Made by a program: the position numbers and the translations under genes. Below the pieces are notes generated by a model. The model was not told the origin of the DNA. It ran no database searches and saw only the letters and a program-made list of their open reading frames with translations. Shown piece after piece: positions 39,405 to 49,998 of a stretch of DNA of 64,000 bases. Numbering within the stretch: the first letter of the stretch is position 1; each line of letters opens with the position of its first letter. This stretch comes from Chitinophagales bacterium (GTDB lineage: Bacteria > Bacteroidota > Bacteroidia > Chitinophagales > LD1): assembly GCA_046329535.1 (NCBI GenBank), contig JAXLUN010000004.1:76443-140442 (forward strand), read 5' to 3'.

Positions 39405-39617
39405 ATGAAAAAAGTATTCTTCGCCCTCTTCGCCCTAACCCTTCTGGTATCTTTTAACAGCTGCACCAAGTGCTGGGTATGTAAAGATAAAACCAGCACT
39501 ACTTACGAACACGTTAAGTATTGCGATAAAGATTATGACAAAGGCGATGTAGACGCCATTATAGAAGATATGGAAGATAACGGCTACTCGTGCCACGCCT
39601 CTACTATGGCCTTGTAA
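39405..39617 (+). CDS. Small Cys-rich lipoprotein
   Basis: 70 aa with the signal and lipobox MKKVFFALFALTLLVSFNSC, followed by TKCWVCKDK..YCDKDYDKGD..YSCH. Confidence 0.45.
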   Translation: MKKVFFALFALTLLVSFNSCTKCWVCKDKTSTTYEHVKYCDKDYDKGDVDAIIEDMEDNGYSCHASTMAL

Positions 39618-39690
39618 ACAACTTACACCAGGTAGGCCGGTTAGCCGGCTTGCCTGGTATTTTTTACTTCTAAAAACAATTCTATAACGC

Positions 39691-40017
39691 ATGAAAAAAT
39701 ACACCGCCAAAATGACTCTGACCACCCTGCTGGTAGTCCTGTTTTGCCAAACAACTATTGCACAGGAAAGCGAGCAATTAACCCTTACCGGCAAGGTAAA
39801 CAGCATAGCTTTTTATCCACCCACTGCCGATGTGCCACCGGGCATAAGTGGCCACACTGTAAGCTTTACCGACCAAAATGGCAAAGCCCGCAACCAGGGC
39901 ATTGACAAAGCCACCTTTGATAAACTGCAAGAAGCCCTTGAAACCAAAACCCTTGATAAAATAACCGTGCACTACTACGCCAAACACGAAACCGTAGAAG
40001 TTGTATTAAAGAAATAA
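39691..40017 (+). CDS. Small secreted protein
   Basis: 108 aa with the signal peptide ...LLVVLFCQTTIAQE. Confidence 0.45.
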   Translation: MKKYTAKMTLTTLLVVLFCQTTIAQESEQLTLTGKVNSIAFYPPTADVPPGISGHTVSFTDQNGKARNQGIDKATFDKLQEALETKTLDKITVHYYAKHETVEVVLKK

Positions 40018-40052
40018 AAAATACTCTGCCCTACATAAACCACACTATTACT

Positions 40053-40568
40053 ATGAAACAACTATTCACTATCGCCTTTGTAATACTTACAGCCCTTGGT
40101 TATGCGCAAAACTACCCGGTGCCCGATTACAACAACACCCCATTTTATTACAACGGCACCGAACTGGTTGAACTCGATGCTGTGCAATATGTAGTAGGCG
40201 CACGACCTAAAGGTTTAACCGGTGCCGAAGCCGCGCTATATTTAAACGGCACAACCTCTTCGGTAAAAATTGAAAAAGATGCCGCCAAATTCATTGTAAA
40301 ACTCGAACCCGGAGTTGACCCCCGCACCCTCATTGATTTAAACAAGGCTACCGTAAACCAACACAGCGGTAAACGCGAATTTGTAGTATACAAAAAAGGC
40401 GCGTTTACTGCCGAAGGCACTAATCCCACAGTAGATATCTCATTCAAAAAAGTTGGCGAAGGATTATATCTGGTTACCACTAAAGCACCCATAGAAAGCG
40501 GAGAGTATTTTTTCTCAGCAGCTGCCAACGCCTCTTCCAAAGTAGTTTACTGTTTTACTATTAAGTAA
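40053..40568 (+). CDS. Secreted beta-rich protein
   Basis: 171 aa with the signal peptide MKQLFTIAFVILTALGYAQ. Confidence 0.5.
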   Translation: MKQLFTIAFVILTALGYAQNYPVPDYNNTPFYYNGTELVELDAVQYVVGARPKGLTGAEAALYLNGTTSSVKIEKDAAKFIVKLEPGVDPRTLIDLNKATVNQHSGKREFVVYKKGAFTAEGTNPTVDISFKKVGEGLYLVTTKAPIESGEYFFSAAANASSKVVYCFTIK

Positions 40569-40664
40569 TAAGCTACGATTAGATTATTTCTTATTAGCAC
40601 AAGGACCATCAGTTATATACACTAAATACAATACACAAAAGCAGAAGTTGCTGAATAAATAGAA

Positions 40665-43600
40665 ATGGGGGCCAACAATACATACACTTTGTTAAGGCGG
40701 GTAAAACACGGCATTGTCATCTGGTTATGCAGCATGACAGGGCTGGTTCATGGCCAACTAAACCCGCCCTGGTTTGTTACCCAAAATCCTCCGCCCTCCA
40801 GTGCCTGTGGTATTGTTAATCCTATTATTTCAGTAGTAACCCCAAGCCCAATATGCTATAACCGCACGGTAACCATTCGCCTAAACTATGATATAGCCCT
40901 CGATACCATATATCTTGACTTTGGCGATAACAAAGACATTACCATTGTAGGGGCCTCCATTTTGCCAAATACTATGGATGTAACCCATGTGTACACTTTT
41001 ACCCCGGCCGATAGTTGCCCCTCTATTGCTTTCGGCCCACCGGCTATATCCTGTATAGTAAAAGCCTATTTTTTTAAGCGATGCGGCCCATCGGCTTATA
41101 GTTATGTATCTACTACCAATAACTCCATGGCCTTTAGGTTTAAACCCCGGGTAAGGTTTCAAACCACCAACTACTTAACTAATTACGTGCCGGGGCAAAA
41201 CCTGCTGGTGGCCTGCAACACTAATTGTGTGCAGTTAGATATGAGTAACTGCTGCACCAATACCTACATAGGAACCGACTCAACTGACTATTGGTGGAGC
41301 TTTGGTGATGGAACCCCCAACGATACCTTTAGCAACACCCCCGATGGAAACTTTATAAGCCCGGTGCATTGCTATGCGCATCCTTCGGTAAGCCCGGCAT
41401 ACTACACCATTAAGCTGCATGCAGAAAACGAATGTGGGGTAAGCGAAGATTGGGGTAAATTATACGTACAGGAAATTGCCGATGTGCAGGTTGACCCGGG
41501 GCCCTATTGCACCGGCAGTGCAGTAGGGGTGCATATTACCGCCAGCGGAGGCCTGGGTAACCCTGTTTATTCAACTACGGTAACCCCACCGGGGTGTTCA
41601 ACTATTGCCGGAGACTCTACCGCCAACCCCCAAATAACCTTTACCTGTGCCGGCACCTTTACCATTAACAGCGCCTATGGTTTTTGTTCCGAAACACGAA
41701 CTATAACCGTAGACCAAGGGGTAGATATGCAGCAGAGCCCGGTGCCCGATGATTGTTATACCGGCAGCAACAGTATTAATCTGGCGGCTTATTTTTTCAG
41801 CTCCGCCACTACCCAATCCAACCATTTTAGCATAACCGATACCGCAGGTGCAATATTGTTTTCGGCTACCGGTTCATCGGTTCCCTCTTCATCTATTACA
41901 CTACCCCATGCCGGGCGGTATTTTGTGTATGATAGTTCAATAACTACTTGCAACACGGTTGTGTTTACCGATACATTTTATTTGCAACCGCCTTTATCTA
42001 TAGCCTTGCCTGCCGATACGATAGTTTGTCTTCAAACCCTATTTGTATTACCCAATGTGCCGGGTGCTGTTCGCACCTTAAACGGTACCCCCACCACCGA
42101 TACTTTTTATGTGTACCCTGCGGGCGTGTATACCGTAACCTATACCCCAATTTCGTGCGGCAGCAGTGTATCGTTTACTATTACCACTAAAGGCACCGAG
42201 TCATTGGTAAGCGACTATACCTATTGCTCATCACCGGGGGCCATTGTGCTATCGGGTACGCAGCCCAACACTTTATTTAGCGGGCCTCATATCAGCAACG
42301 ACACCCTATACGGAAATGCAGCCGGCCCCGGCAGTCATGTATTTTACTCCTCCTATACAGCTGCCGATGGTTGTATATTCTTAGATACGGCTCAGGTTCA
42401 AATTCTATCTTCCATAAATGCCGGAGTAACATTGCCCGATACAGTTTGTGCCGGCTCACCGGTTACATTAAGTAATATTCCGGCAGGTCTATCAACCACT
42501 ACCAACTGGGGCGATGGCACAACAGATAATAATGTGACCCACACCTACAATATAAGTGGCACTATGTTTTTATCCATACGTTTTTCCGATGGCACTTGCG
42601 ATACTACTATGACCGATACGCTGTTGGTTATTGATGCTCCGGCATCCACCTTTTTATTATTGCCCGATACCGCCTGTAGCGGAGACACTGTAACTATACA
42701 GTTTACACCCAATACCCTGTATCAACAGCAATGGGAATATAACGGAAACACTTCCTTAACGCCCCCTGTAATGGTTGCCAATAACAGCAGCAGTGCCGTT
42801 ATATGCCAAACCGTTACTTTATCTGTATCGTACCCGCAATGCCCAACTGCCGTTAGCAGCCAACCGGTATGTTTCTATCCGGCCACACAGGCCATTGCCG
42901 ATATTGATTTCGACTCGGTATGCAGCCCCTTGCCGGTTACTATTATTAACAATTCAATAGTGGGACCGGGTGCAACTTATCAGTGGTTTAAAAACGGGGT
43001 TCTGTTTAGCACAACCAATGCACCCCTGCAACAAGATACCTTAAATGCCTATACAACCGACACCACCTATACATATATGTTGGTCGTTAACTCGTGTGGA
43101 GCAAACGATACCGTATACCAGGCAGTAACAGTTCACCCGGTCAACTTTACTCCGGTGTTATATGTTTCTTCGCTTTCACCGTGCCGGTATGATACCATAC
43201 TTTATTGGACCTCTCCCATAACGGGGTGCACGGCCAATTATAATTTTGGAGATGGTTCCGCTATACAGGCAGGCTCTGCCGATACTATAAGCCATATATA
43301 CACTACCGAAGGAAACTATGCAGCTACTGTAACCATGTATTGCGCTTGCAAAACAAAGTCCGATAATCTTACTATTCAGGTTCAGCCCGGGCCGCAGTTA
43401 TCTGTATCCGATCCGGTAGATACTTGCAAAAATCAGCTGGTAACAATCAATAGCTCGGTAACCGGCACCATAGCCCCGGGTAGCTACACAACCTGGTTTG
43501 GCGATGGCGCTACTAATATCGGCTCTGCCAATCCTACCCATACCTATACACAAGATGGAACTTACCAGGGTCAAATGTTGGTGTATGGCATTAATGGTTG

Positions 43601-44438
43601 CCGATCAGATACTGCTACATTTAGTATTGATATTTTTAACGTCCCCAACATTAATACAAACCCTGCCGATACTTTTGCCTGCAGCGCAATACTTACACAA
43701 CTTTCGGTTGATACCGGCACAGTAAATTCAACCTATGTATGGAATATAGCGTGTCATAGTCAGCATACGCAGGTTACTACTTACAATGGGGCCTTGCCTT
43801 TTTACGCAGAAGAGGCGGGGGAGTATGAAATTTTACTGTATGCCTACAATAACAATCATCCGGCCTGTTTAGCTAAAGCGGATAGTTTTAGTGTAACGGT
43901 ATACGAATCACCAATGGCATTCTTTACCGTAGACTTTCCCTATATCTCTCAATCTGAGTATGTGTTCCCTATTCATAATATGAGCACACCTAATACCAAT
44001 ACCTATATATGGAACTTTGGAGATAATACCTACAGTAATGAGGTTAATCCGGAAGCACATGCTTATACGGCATTTGGATATTACGATATCGTATTAACCG
44101 CCCGAAATGGCCCTTGTGAAGATACTGCATTGTCACAGGTTTTTGCAGATCCCTACCTGCAGTTATTTATACCGAATGTATTTACTCCCAACTCGGATGG
44201 GATAAATGATGTGTTTGAGATATACGGCAATAAGCAGGATATAGATTATTTACATGTGCGAGTTTACAATCGTATAGGCGAGAAAGTGTTTGATTCATAC
44301 AACCTGGAATTTAAGTGGGACGGAACCTATAAAAGTGAGCCTTTGGTTCAGGCAGTGTATGTATATACTGTTGAAATATCGGCTATTCATGATGCAGATA
44401 AACGGTTAGTAAAGGGAAGTATAACACTACTGCGGTAA
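40665..44438 (+). CDS. Large PKD-repeat surface protein with a T9SS type-B C-terminal domain
   Basis: 1257 aa with at least 5 PKD-like WxFGDG signatures (WWSFGDGT, NWGDGTT, YNFGDGS, TWFGDGAT, IWNFGDNT). The C-terminus is FIPNVFTPNSDGINDVFEIYG..VYNRIGEKVF..WDGTY..YVYTVEI..GSITLLR. Confidence 0.85.
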   Translation: MGANNTYTLLRRVKHGIVIWLCSMTGLVHGQLNPPWFVTQNPPPSSACGIVNPIISVVTPSPICYNRTVTIRLNYDIALDTIYLDFGDNKDITIVGASILPNTMDVTHVYTFTPADSCPSIAFGPPAISCIVKAYFFKRCGPSAYSYVSTTNNSMAFRFKPRVRFQTTNYLTNYVPGQNLLVACNTNCVQLDMSNCCTNTYIGTDSTDYWWSFGDGTPNDTFSNTPDGNFISPVHCYAHPSVSPAYYTIKLHAENECGVSEDWGKLYVQEIADVQVDPGPYCTGSAVGVHITASGGLGNPVYSTTVTPPGCSTIAGDSTANPQITFTCAGTFTINSAYGFCSETRTITVDQGVDMQQSPVPDDCYTGSNSINLAAYFFSSATTQSNHFSITDTAGAILFSATGSSVPSSSITLPHAGRYFVYDSSITTCNTVVFTDTFYLQPPLSIALPADTIVCLQTLFVLPNVPGAVRTLNGTPTTDTFYVYPAGVYTVTYTPISCGSSVSFTITTKGTESLVSDYTYCSSPGAIVLSGTQPNTLFSGPHISNDTLYGNAAGPGSHVFYSSYTAADGCIFLDTAQVQILSSINAGVTLPDTVCAGSPVTLSNIPAGLSTTTNWGDGTTDNNVTHTYNISGTMFLSIRFSDGTCDTTMTDTLLVIDAPASTFLLLPDTACSGDTVTIQFTPNTLYQQQWEYNGNTSLTPPVMVANNSSSAVICQTVTLSVSYPQCPTAVSSQPVCFYPATQAIADIDFDSVCSPLPVTIINNSIVGPGATYQWFKNGVLFSTTNAPLQQDTLNAYTTDTTYTYMLVVNSCGANDTVYQAVTVHPVNFTPVLYVSSLSPCRYDTILYWTSPITGCTANYNFGDGSAIQAGSADTISHIYTTEGNYAATVTMYCACKTKSDNLTIQVQPGPQLSVSDPVDTCKNQLVTINSSVTGTIAPGSYTTWFGDGATNIGSANPTHTYTQDGTYQGQMLVYGINGCRSDTATFSIDIFNVPNINTNPADTFACSAILTQLSVDTGTVNSTYVWNIACHSQHTQVTTYNGALPFYAEEAGEYEILLYAYNNNHPACLAKADSFSVTVYESPMAFFTVDFPYISQSEYVFPIHNMSTPNTNTYIWNFGDNTYSNEVNPEAHAYTAFGYYDIVLTARNGPCEDTALSQVFADPYLQLFIPNVFTPNSDGINDVFEIYGNKQDIDYLHVRVYNRIGEKVFDSYNLEFKWDGTYKSEPLVQAVYVYTVEISAIHDADKRLVKGSITLLR

Positions 44439-44546
44439 GTTTTATTCGTCTTTAACAAAAACAGTTGACTGAATCCATAAAATATAAATCACCCGTCAAG
44501 TTATTTGCCAGAAAGTATAATCATAAACTCAACAAATACTAACCCC

Positions 44547-45659
44547 ATGAAACAAAGTATCCTCCTGCTGCTCGCAATCAGTATGATGCAATCGGCATTT
44601 GCACAAGATTATCTCAAAACCAAAAAAGGCGATGAGGTTCCGGTAAAGATTATATCCGTAACCGATACCAAAGTAGAATATAAACCCTTCTACTATCAGG
44701 AAGGCGGTTCGCTGTTTTTCGATAAAAAAGACATACAGTCTATTAAGTATGCCGATGGCCGCCTGCTTAATTTCGATGCCCCTGTAGTTCCTGTTTCATC
44801 GGGTATAAATACATATAGCAGTAGTGCCCCCAGCACCTCATCGGCCGATGCGCTGAAAGGTTTAGAGAAGTTAACCGGCCAGATAACCGAACTAAACAAA
44901 GGCCAAACAGACCAAACAAAAGCACTAACGGAAACCTTAAATGCATTGAATGCTAATATTACATCGCTTAAAACGGCCATAGAGCAAGGCAACACCGAAA
45001 CTAAAAAGCAGAACGAAGAGGTGTCGTCTAAACTGAATTCCTTAAACAGTTCGGTCAAAGAGCTGAATGAAACCACACAAACCAAAAGTGGAGCAGAGGC
45101 CAATGCCATAGTGCCGCGCAAATTTGGTATGGGGGTAAGCTTTATTACCAACTATCTGTTAAATGCATTTAGTGATGATGAAGGGGCGCCTATCATCAAT
45201 CAATACAACGGTTTATTTATGGGTGCCGGGTTTAACCTGATAGTTTCCACACGGATGGATAAAAAGGTCGGTTTCAGATATGAACCGGAATTCAGTGTGG
45301 CATCATCATTCAGCCGAAGTAAAGATGGAAATGATATATCGGCTAATCGAATAAGTATATTCAGTTTTGGCTCCCGCTTTTTGGGTGTTGCCCGCAGAAA
45401 CCGTGTAAACATATACGCAGGTCCGTCCATAACTATTTTCGGAGTAGTGGCCTCTTTACGTGAAAATGAGTTGACAACAACCAGTGCTATGGTGGGTGCC
45501 GGTTTTGGTTTGCATTTTGGTGGTGAGTATCTGGTGCATCCCAATTTTGGTATTAACATGGAATCGGGTATGCAGTTGTATGGTTTGTTTCCCAAAGGGG
45601 GATATGCCGAGGGGGTATTTTCAACCTATGGTCGTTTAGGCGGCCGGTTCTACTTCTAA
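44547..45659 (+). CDS. Outer-membrane protein with an N-terminal domain, a coiled coil and a C-terminal beta-barrel
   Basis: Signal peptide MKQSILLLLAISMMQSAFAQ at the ATG at 44547. The middle has coiled-coil heptads (LTGQITELNKGQTDQTKALTETLNALNANITSLK). The C-terminal ~180 aa have an alternating beta pattern ending GRLGGRFYF. Confidence 0.6.
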   Translation: MKQSILLLLAISMMQSAFAQDYLKTKKGDEVPVKIISVTDTKVEYKPFYYQEGGSLFFDKKDIQSIKYADGRLLNFDAPVVPVSSGINTYSSSAPSTSSADALKGLEKLTGQITELNKGQTDQTKALTETLNALNANITSLKTAIEQGNTETKKQNEEVSSKLNSLNSSVKELNETTQTKSGAEANAIVPRKFGMGVSFITNYLLNAFSDDEGAPIINQYNGLFMGAGFNLIVSTRMDKKVGFRYEPEFSVASSFSRSKDGNDISANRISIFSFGSRFLGVARRNRVNIYAGPSITIFGVVASLRENELTTTSAMVGAGFGLHFGGEYLVHPNFGINMESGMQLYGLFPKGGYAEGVFSTYGRLGGRFYF

Positions 45660-45676
45660 AATCATTGTCAAACTTC

Positions 45677-47065
45677 ATGAGAATTTTTCATTTGGTAAGT
45701 GTTTGTTTAGCCAGCGTATGCTTCGCATGGGCTCAAACTCCTGCTGTTTGTATGTTTACTTTTCAGGAGTCTGGTACGGTAAAGAAGTATTCCTATACAA
45801 GAACTACCAATGCCCCCGATGCTAATCTGTTTATTACCGGTTATGTTGTAACCGATAACAGTTCTATACCATACAGAATATTTAAAATAACCAACAACAC
45901 CGCTAAAAGAGAATTATCTCTGCTCATTATTCAAGCCAAAACCGGCTTGGTAGAAGATGAATACAATTATACCTATTCCCCCTTCTCGGGCTTATTAATT
46001 AAAGACGGAGACGATTCGGTATCAAATATCAAGAAACCTGATTTATATCTTCTTTCTTTTGAGAACGAGCGGAAAGAGTATGTCTTTCTTCACTCCCTAA
46101 CACATATCGCTGATTACAGTGTTTTCTTTTCGCCTGTTTCCGATACTTTACAGAAAAGAAATAACGAGTTGCTGAAACAGAATGCATTTTTCAGGCAGGA
46201 GATGCAAAAGCAGGAAACTATTAGGGCCGAAGAAGAGAAACAGAAAAAAATAAAAGAGGAAGAAGAGAATAGGATAAATGCACTGGCAGAAGCCCGGGTA
46301 AAAAAAATTGTTGATTCATTAAGTACTCTAAACGCCCGGAATGAAACTGTTAAATCGCATACCCAGGATGATTCATTGCAAATGCACATTGAATTGTTTT
46401 ATCAGCAGTACTATAAGGATTCAATAGCTATTACGGAGATTAATCAATCTATCAATACAGAAATCCACGATAGATTCTATAACGTTAATGATGAAGATGT
46501 ACTAATTATCAGCAACGGTAGATTTATAGGCGATACCAAATCGGCCAATATGGAGGGGCATGGTATTTTGATTGTAGATAATAGAAGGGTTTATGTAGGT
46601 ACTTTTATCAAAAATCAATTTTTGGCCGGCAAGGTAAATCTGAAGTACGAACTTCCTTTAAAAGAGCAATACATTGGAGGTTGGGAAAGCGCCCGGCCAG
46701 AGGGTTTAGGTTGCTGGTTTTTTGCTAATGGAGATATAGAATTGGGCCATTTCGGTAATGGAGTTTTAATGCATGGTATTATACGTAAAACAGAGAGTAA
46801 TGGTAATTCCTATTTCGGTCATACAGACATATTAAAAAAGAATGGTTTTGGCTCCTATCAAACGGCCAACACTAGCAAGTATATAGGTATTTTCGCGAAT
46901 GATATTTTGCAAAATGGGTACATTATTCAGGTAGATGATGTAGGTTTAAGAACGTATTATAGAGTAAAGGGGGCAGTTAAATACGAAACGGATAAATCAA
47001 CGGTTTTGCAGTTCATTAAACTAGCAGAAAATATTGCAAGTAAGGCCGGTGGCCGAATAGATTAA
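45677..47065 (+). CDS. Secreted protein with an E/K-rich coiled coil and MORN-like repeats
   Basis: Signal peptide MRIFHLVSVCLASVCFAWAQ (ATG at 45677; the track start at 45665 is TTG). The MORN-like segment is YIGGWESARPEGLGCWFFANGDIELGHFGNGVLMHG. Confidence 0.55.
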   Translation: MRIFHLVSVCLASVCFAWAQTPAVCMFTFQESGTVKKYSYTRTTNAPDANLFITGYVVTDNSSIPYRIFKITNNTAKRELSLLIIQAKTGLVEDEYNYTYSPFSGLLIKDGDDSVSNIKKPDLYLLSFENERKEYVFLHSLTHIADYSVFFSPVSDTLQKRNNELLKQNAFFRQEMQKQETIRAEEEKQKKIKEEEENRINALAEARVKKIVDSLSTLNARNETVKSHTQDDSLQMHIELFYQQYYKDSIAITEINQSINTEIHDRFYNVNDEDVLIISNGRFIGDTKSANMEGHGILIVDNRRVYVGTFIKNQFLAGKVNLKYELPLKEQYIGGWESARPEGLGCWFFANGDIELGHFGNGVLMHGIIRKTESNGNSYFGHTDILKKNGFGSYQTANTSKYIGIFANDILQNGYIIQVDDVGLRTYYRVKGAVKYETDKSTVLQFIKLAENIASKAGGRID

Positions 47066-47106
47066 TGCCTTAGTGGATAGACACAAAAGTGTAACCCGAA
47101 ACTATC

Positions 47107-47697
47107 CTACAAAACCCTAAACTTTAGCTCCACTCTTTCATCTTGCCAAATACCCTCCGGGGTAATTATGTCATTTGTATATGGAAACGAGATGCCAGCC
47201 TTTTGAAAACAAGCCTGCACATATTCTGAGCATACATATTTCCGGTCATGAGTTCTTTTCCCTTTCCTAAACACCATGCGCAGTAAAATCCGGAAAATCT
47301 CCCAGTTGTCGTAGGGTCGAGTGAGTTCGTCCATACCAAATCTTATACAGTCTGCTAAACGCTCCTTTTCCTCCAAATGTACCGAAGCAATTACCACTAC
47401 TCCTTGATAAGGCTTCCGTTTTCCGTTATTATCTCTTATATATTTCGAAAGCGGTGCCATTCGAACCCCATACATCAATTCACTTTCTAAAAATAGAACC
47501 CGGTCAATGTTCTCCTCTTTGTATATGATGCCCACATGACTCCAAGCGCTTTTGCTGAAATATCGGATAGCCTTGGAGAAGAAATAGTCACCTGAACAGA
47601 AAAAAAGGTCGCCAGTCTTAATTTGAGGGCGGGCATTTGTGGTATATGGAACAACATCCAACTTGTTCAGGTACTCTCTATTGACTTGCAGTGCCAT
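47107..47697 (-). CDS. YiiX/YaeF-like permuted papain-fold (NlpC/P60 superfamily) protein
   Basis: 196 aa. GDLFFCSG..SKAIRYFSKSAWSHVGIIY provides the His, and YVCSEYVQACFQKAG provides the Cys. Confidence 0.55.
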   Translation of the reverse strand: MALQVNREYLNKLDVVPYTTNARPQIKTGDLFFCSGDYFFSKAIRYFSKSAWSHVGIIYKEENIDRVLFLESELMYGVRMAPLSKYIRDNNGKRKPYQGVVVIASVHLEEKERLADCIRFGMDELTRPYDNWEIFRILLRMVFRKGKRTHDRKYVCSEYVQACFQKAGISFPYTNDIITPEGIWQDERVELKFRVL

Positions 47698-47771
47698 AGG
47701 TGTATTTTTAGGCAGTATAATTATAGTAAATAGAGGTGAAACTGCCCTCTCAAAAAATATTCAGTCAAACA

Positions 47772-47802
47772 TTTGCAACTCTGTTGATAAAATCTATTTT
47801 TG
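47772..47802 (+). promoter_or_regulatory. Bacteroidota sigma-A type promoter upstream of rpsC
   Basis: TTTG (47772-47775), a 19-nt spacer, then TATTTTTG (47795-47802) matching TAnnTTTG. It lies ~42 nt upstream of the rpsC ATG. Confidence 0.55.
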
Positions 47803-47843
47803 CGTTCCCTTTTTGGAAAATAGGGTCAAAAACTAACAAATAA

Positions 47844-48569
47844 ATGGGTCAGAAAACAAGTCCAATATCTAATCGCCTCGGCATCGTTCGTGGATGGGAA
47901 AGTAACTGGTATGGCGGCAAAGATGCAGCTATGAAACTGGTGGAAGACGAAAAAATTCGTAAGTATTTAACTGCGCGCATCAACAAAGGAGGTATCTCTC
48001 ATATCATTATTGAGCGTACCATGAAACGTGTTACTGTAACAATACATACAAGCCGTCCGGGTATTATTATTGGCAGAGGAGGCACGGAGGTTGATCGTTT
48101 GAAAGAAGAGTTGAAAAAACTGACTGGAAAAGAGGTTCAGATAAACATAGTTGAAATTCGCAGACCGGAATTAGAGGCTGCTATTGTTGGTGAAACTGTT
48201 GCCAAACAGTTGGAGGCACGTATCAACTACCGCAGAGCGTTAAAGATGGCTATTGCATCAGCTATGCGTATGGGTGCTGAAGGAATAAAGATTCGTGTGA
48301 GCGGTCGTATTGGTGGAGCTGAAATGGCAAGAACTGAAGAATATAAGCAAGGAAGAACACCTCTTCATACTTGGAGAGCTGATATCGACTACGCTATATC
48401 TGAAGCACATACCGTTTATGGCAAAATTGGTATCAAGGTATGGGTTTGTAAGGGCGAGGTTTACGGTAAGAAAGACTTAACCGGAGCATTTGCTACTGAG
48501 CAAAAAGAGGAAAAACGTCAACCGAAAGGAAGAGTTACCGGTGGCACCAGACCAAGAAAAGAGAACTAA
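47844..48569 (+). CDS. rpsC: 30S ribosomal protein S3
   Basis: [25 protein letters not shown]..., with KH and S3-C domains; 241 aa. Confidence 0.95.
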   Translation: MGQKTSPISNRLGIVRGWESNWYGGKDAAMKLVEDEKIRKYLTARINKGGISHIIIERTMKRVTVTIHTSRPGIIIGRGGTEVDRLKEELKKLTGKEVQINIVEIRRPELEAAIVGETVAKQLEARINYRRALKMAIASAMRMGAEGIKIRVSGRIGGAEMARTEEYKQGRTPLHTWRADIDYAISEAHTVYGKIGIKVWVCKGEVYGKKDLTGAFATEQKEEKRQPKGRVTGGTRPRKEN

Positions 48570-48613
48570 GAGTAGAAAGTAATTTTAGATAAAGAGAGAA
48601 AACAAATTCAGTC

Positions 48614-49036
48614 ATGTTATTACCTAAGCGGACGAAATTCAGAAAAACCCAGAAAGGGAGAGTTGCTGAAACAACACAAAGAGGTCACGAGATCGCTTTC
48701 GGAACTTATGCTCTTAAATCATTAGAGAGCGGAAAGATAAGCAACAAACAAATTGAGGCAGCACGTGTGGCTTTTACCCGTTTCATGAAACGTGAAGGGA
48801 AAGTTTGGATTCGCATATTTCCGGATAAGCCAATTACCAAAAAGCCACTAGAGGTTCGTATGGGTAAAGGAAAGGGTAACCCGGAAGGTTGGGAAGCTCC
48901 TATTCAGGCTGGTAGAATTATTTTTGAAGTAGATGGCGTTTCACGCGAAGTAGCAGCAGAAGCCATGTTACTGGCAGCTCATAAAATGGGCGTAAAAACC
49001 AAATTTATCACCCGCAGAGATGCAGTGGAGGGATAG
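48614..49036 (+). CDS. rplP: 50S ribosomal protein L16
   Basis: [16 protein letters not shown]...; 140 aa. Confidence 0.95.
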   Translation: MLLPKRTKFRKTQKGRVAETTQRGHEIAFGTYALKSLESGKISNKQIEAARVAFTRFMKREGKVWIRIFPDKPITKKPLEVRMGKGKGNPEGWEAPIQAGRIIFEVDGVSREVAAEAMLLAAHKMGVKTKFITRRDAVEG

Positions 49037-49070
49037 GATAGTATTTTAACAAACAAGCTATAACCATATT

Positions 49071-49289
49071 ATGGGAGCAAATAAAAAATTGAATCAGGAA
49101 GACATTAAGCAGTTTGTAACGGAGGACTTAATTGCCAAAGTATCTGCAGATACTGCTGAATTGAAACGTCTGGAATTTAATCACGCGGTTACACCGCTTG
49201 ACAATCCGCTTAGCATTCGTGCCAAGAGAAGAGATGTGGCCAGATTGCGCACCGAATTGACAAAACGTAATAACGAGAAAAAAGCTTAA
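49071..49289 (+). CDS. rpmC: 50S ribosomal protein L29
   Basis: 72 aa with conserved operon position, and the motifs ELKRLEFNHA and IRAKRRDVARLRTEL. Confidence 0.9.
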   Translation: MGANKKLNQEDIKQFVTEDLIAKVSADTAELKRLEFNHAVTPLDNPLSIRAKRRDVARLRTELTKRNNEKKA

Positions 49290-49295
49290 TCAGCC

Positions 49296-49550
49296 ATGGA
49301 AAGAAATCTCAGAAAAGAAAGAATTGGTTTAGTAACCAGTGACAAAATGGATAAAACCATTACCGTTTCAATTGAAAGAAAGGTAAAGCACCCTATTTAT
49401 GGCAAGTTCGTGAAGACTACCAAAAGTTTCAAAGCACATGATGAAAAGAATGATGCTAAAGCCGGTGATACAGTAAAAATCAGTGAGACTCGTCCGCTTA
49501 GTAAGACTAAACGTTGGAGACTGGTAGAAGTGGTTGAGCGTGCTAAGTAA
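49296..49550 (+). CDS. rpsQ: 30S ribosomal protein S17
   Basis: [45 protein letters not shown]; 84 aa. Confidence 0.95.
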   Translation: MERNLRKERIGLVTSDKMDKTITVSIERKVKHPIYGKFVKTTKSFKAHDEKNDAKAGDTVKISETRPLSKTKRWRLVEVVERAK

Positions 49551-49597
49551 TCCTAATCGGGTCGCAGTTAATTTATATAAAACAGTAATTAAGTAAT

Positions 49598-49966
49598 ATG
49601 TTACAGCAAGAATCAAGAGCCAATGTGGCTGACAACAGCGGAGCAAAAGAAGTTTTGGTTATCCGTGTGTTAGGAGGAACCAGAAGAAGATATGCCAGCA
49701 TTGGTGACAAGGTAATTGTTGCTATTAAAAAGGCAATACCTACCGGAGGTGCTAAGAAAGGAACTGTTTCTACAGCTGTGGTGGTTAGAACCGCTAAGGC
49801 AATCAGAAGAAAGGATGGTTCATACATTCGTTTTGACGACAATGCAGTTGTGTTGTTAAATGCCCAGGATGAACCTAAAGGAACACGTATCTTCGGACCA
49901 GTTGCCCGTGAACTTCGTGATAAGCAGTTTATGAAAATTATTTCACTGGCTCCGGAAGTACTTTAA
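49598..49966 (+). CDS. rplN: 50S ribosomal protein L14
   Basis: [30 protein letters not shown]; 122 aa. Confidence 0.95.
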   Translation: MLQQESRANVADNSGAKEVLVIRVLGGTRRRYASIGDKVIVAIKKAIPTGGAKKGTVSTAVVVRTAKAIRRKDGSYIRFDDNAVVLLNAQDEPKGTRIFGPVARELRDKQFMKIISLAPEVL

Positions 49967-49998
49967 TTGATAACAGGATTTTAAGAAAATAAAGAATT

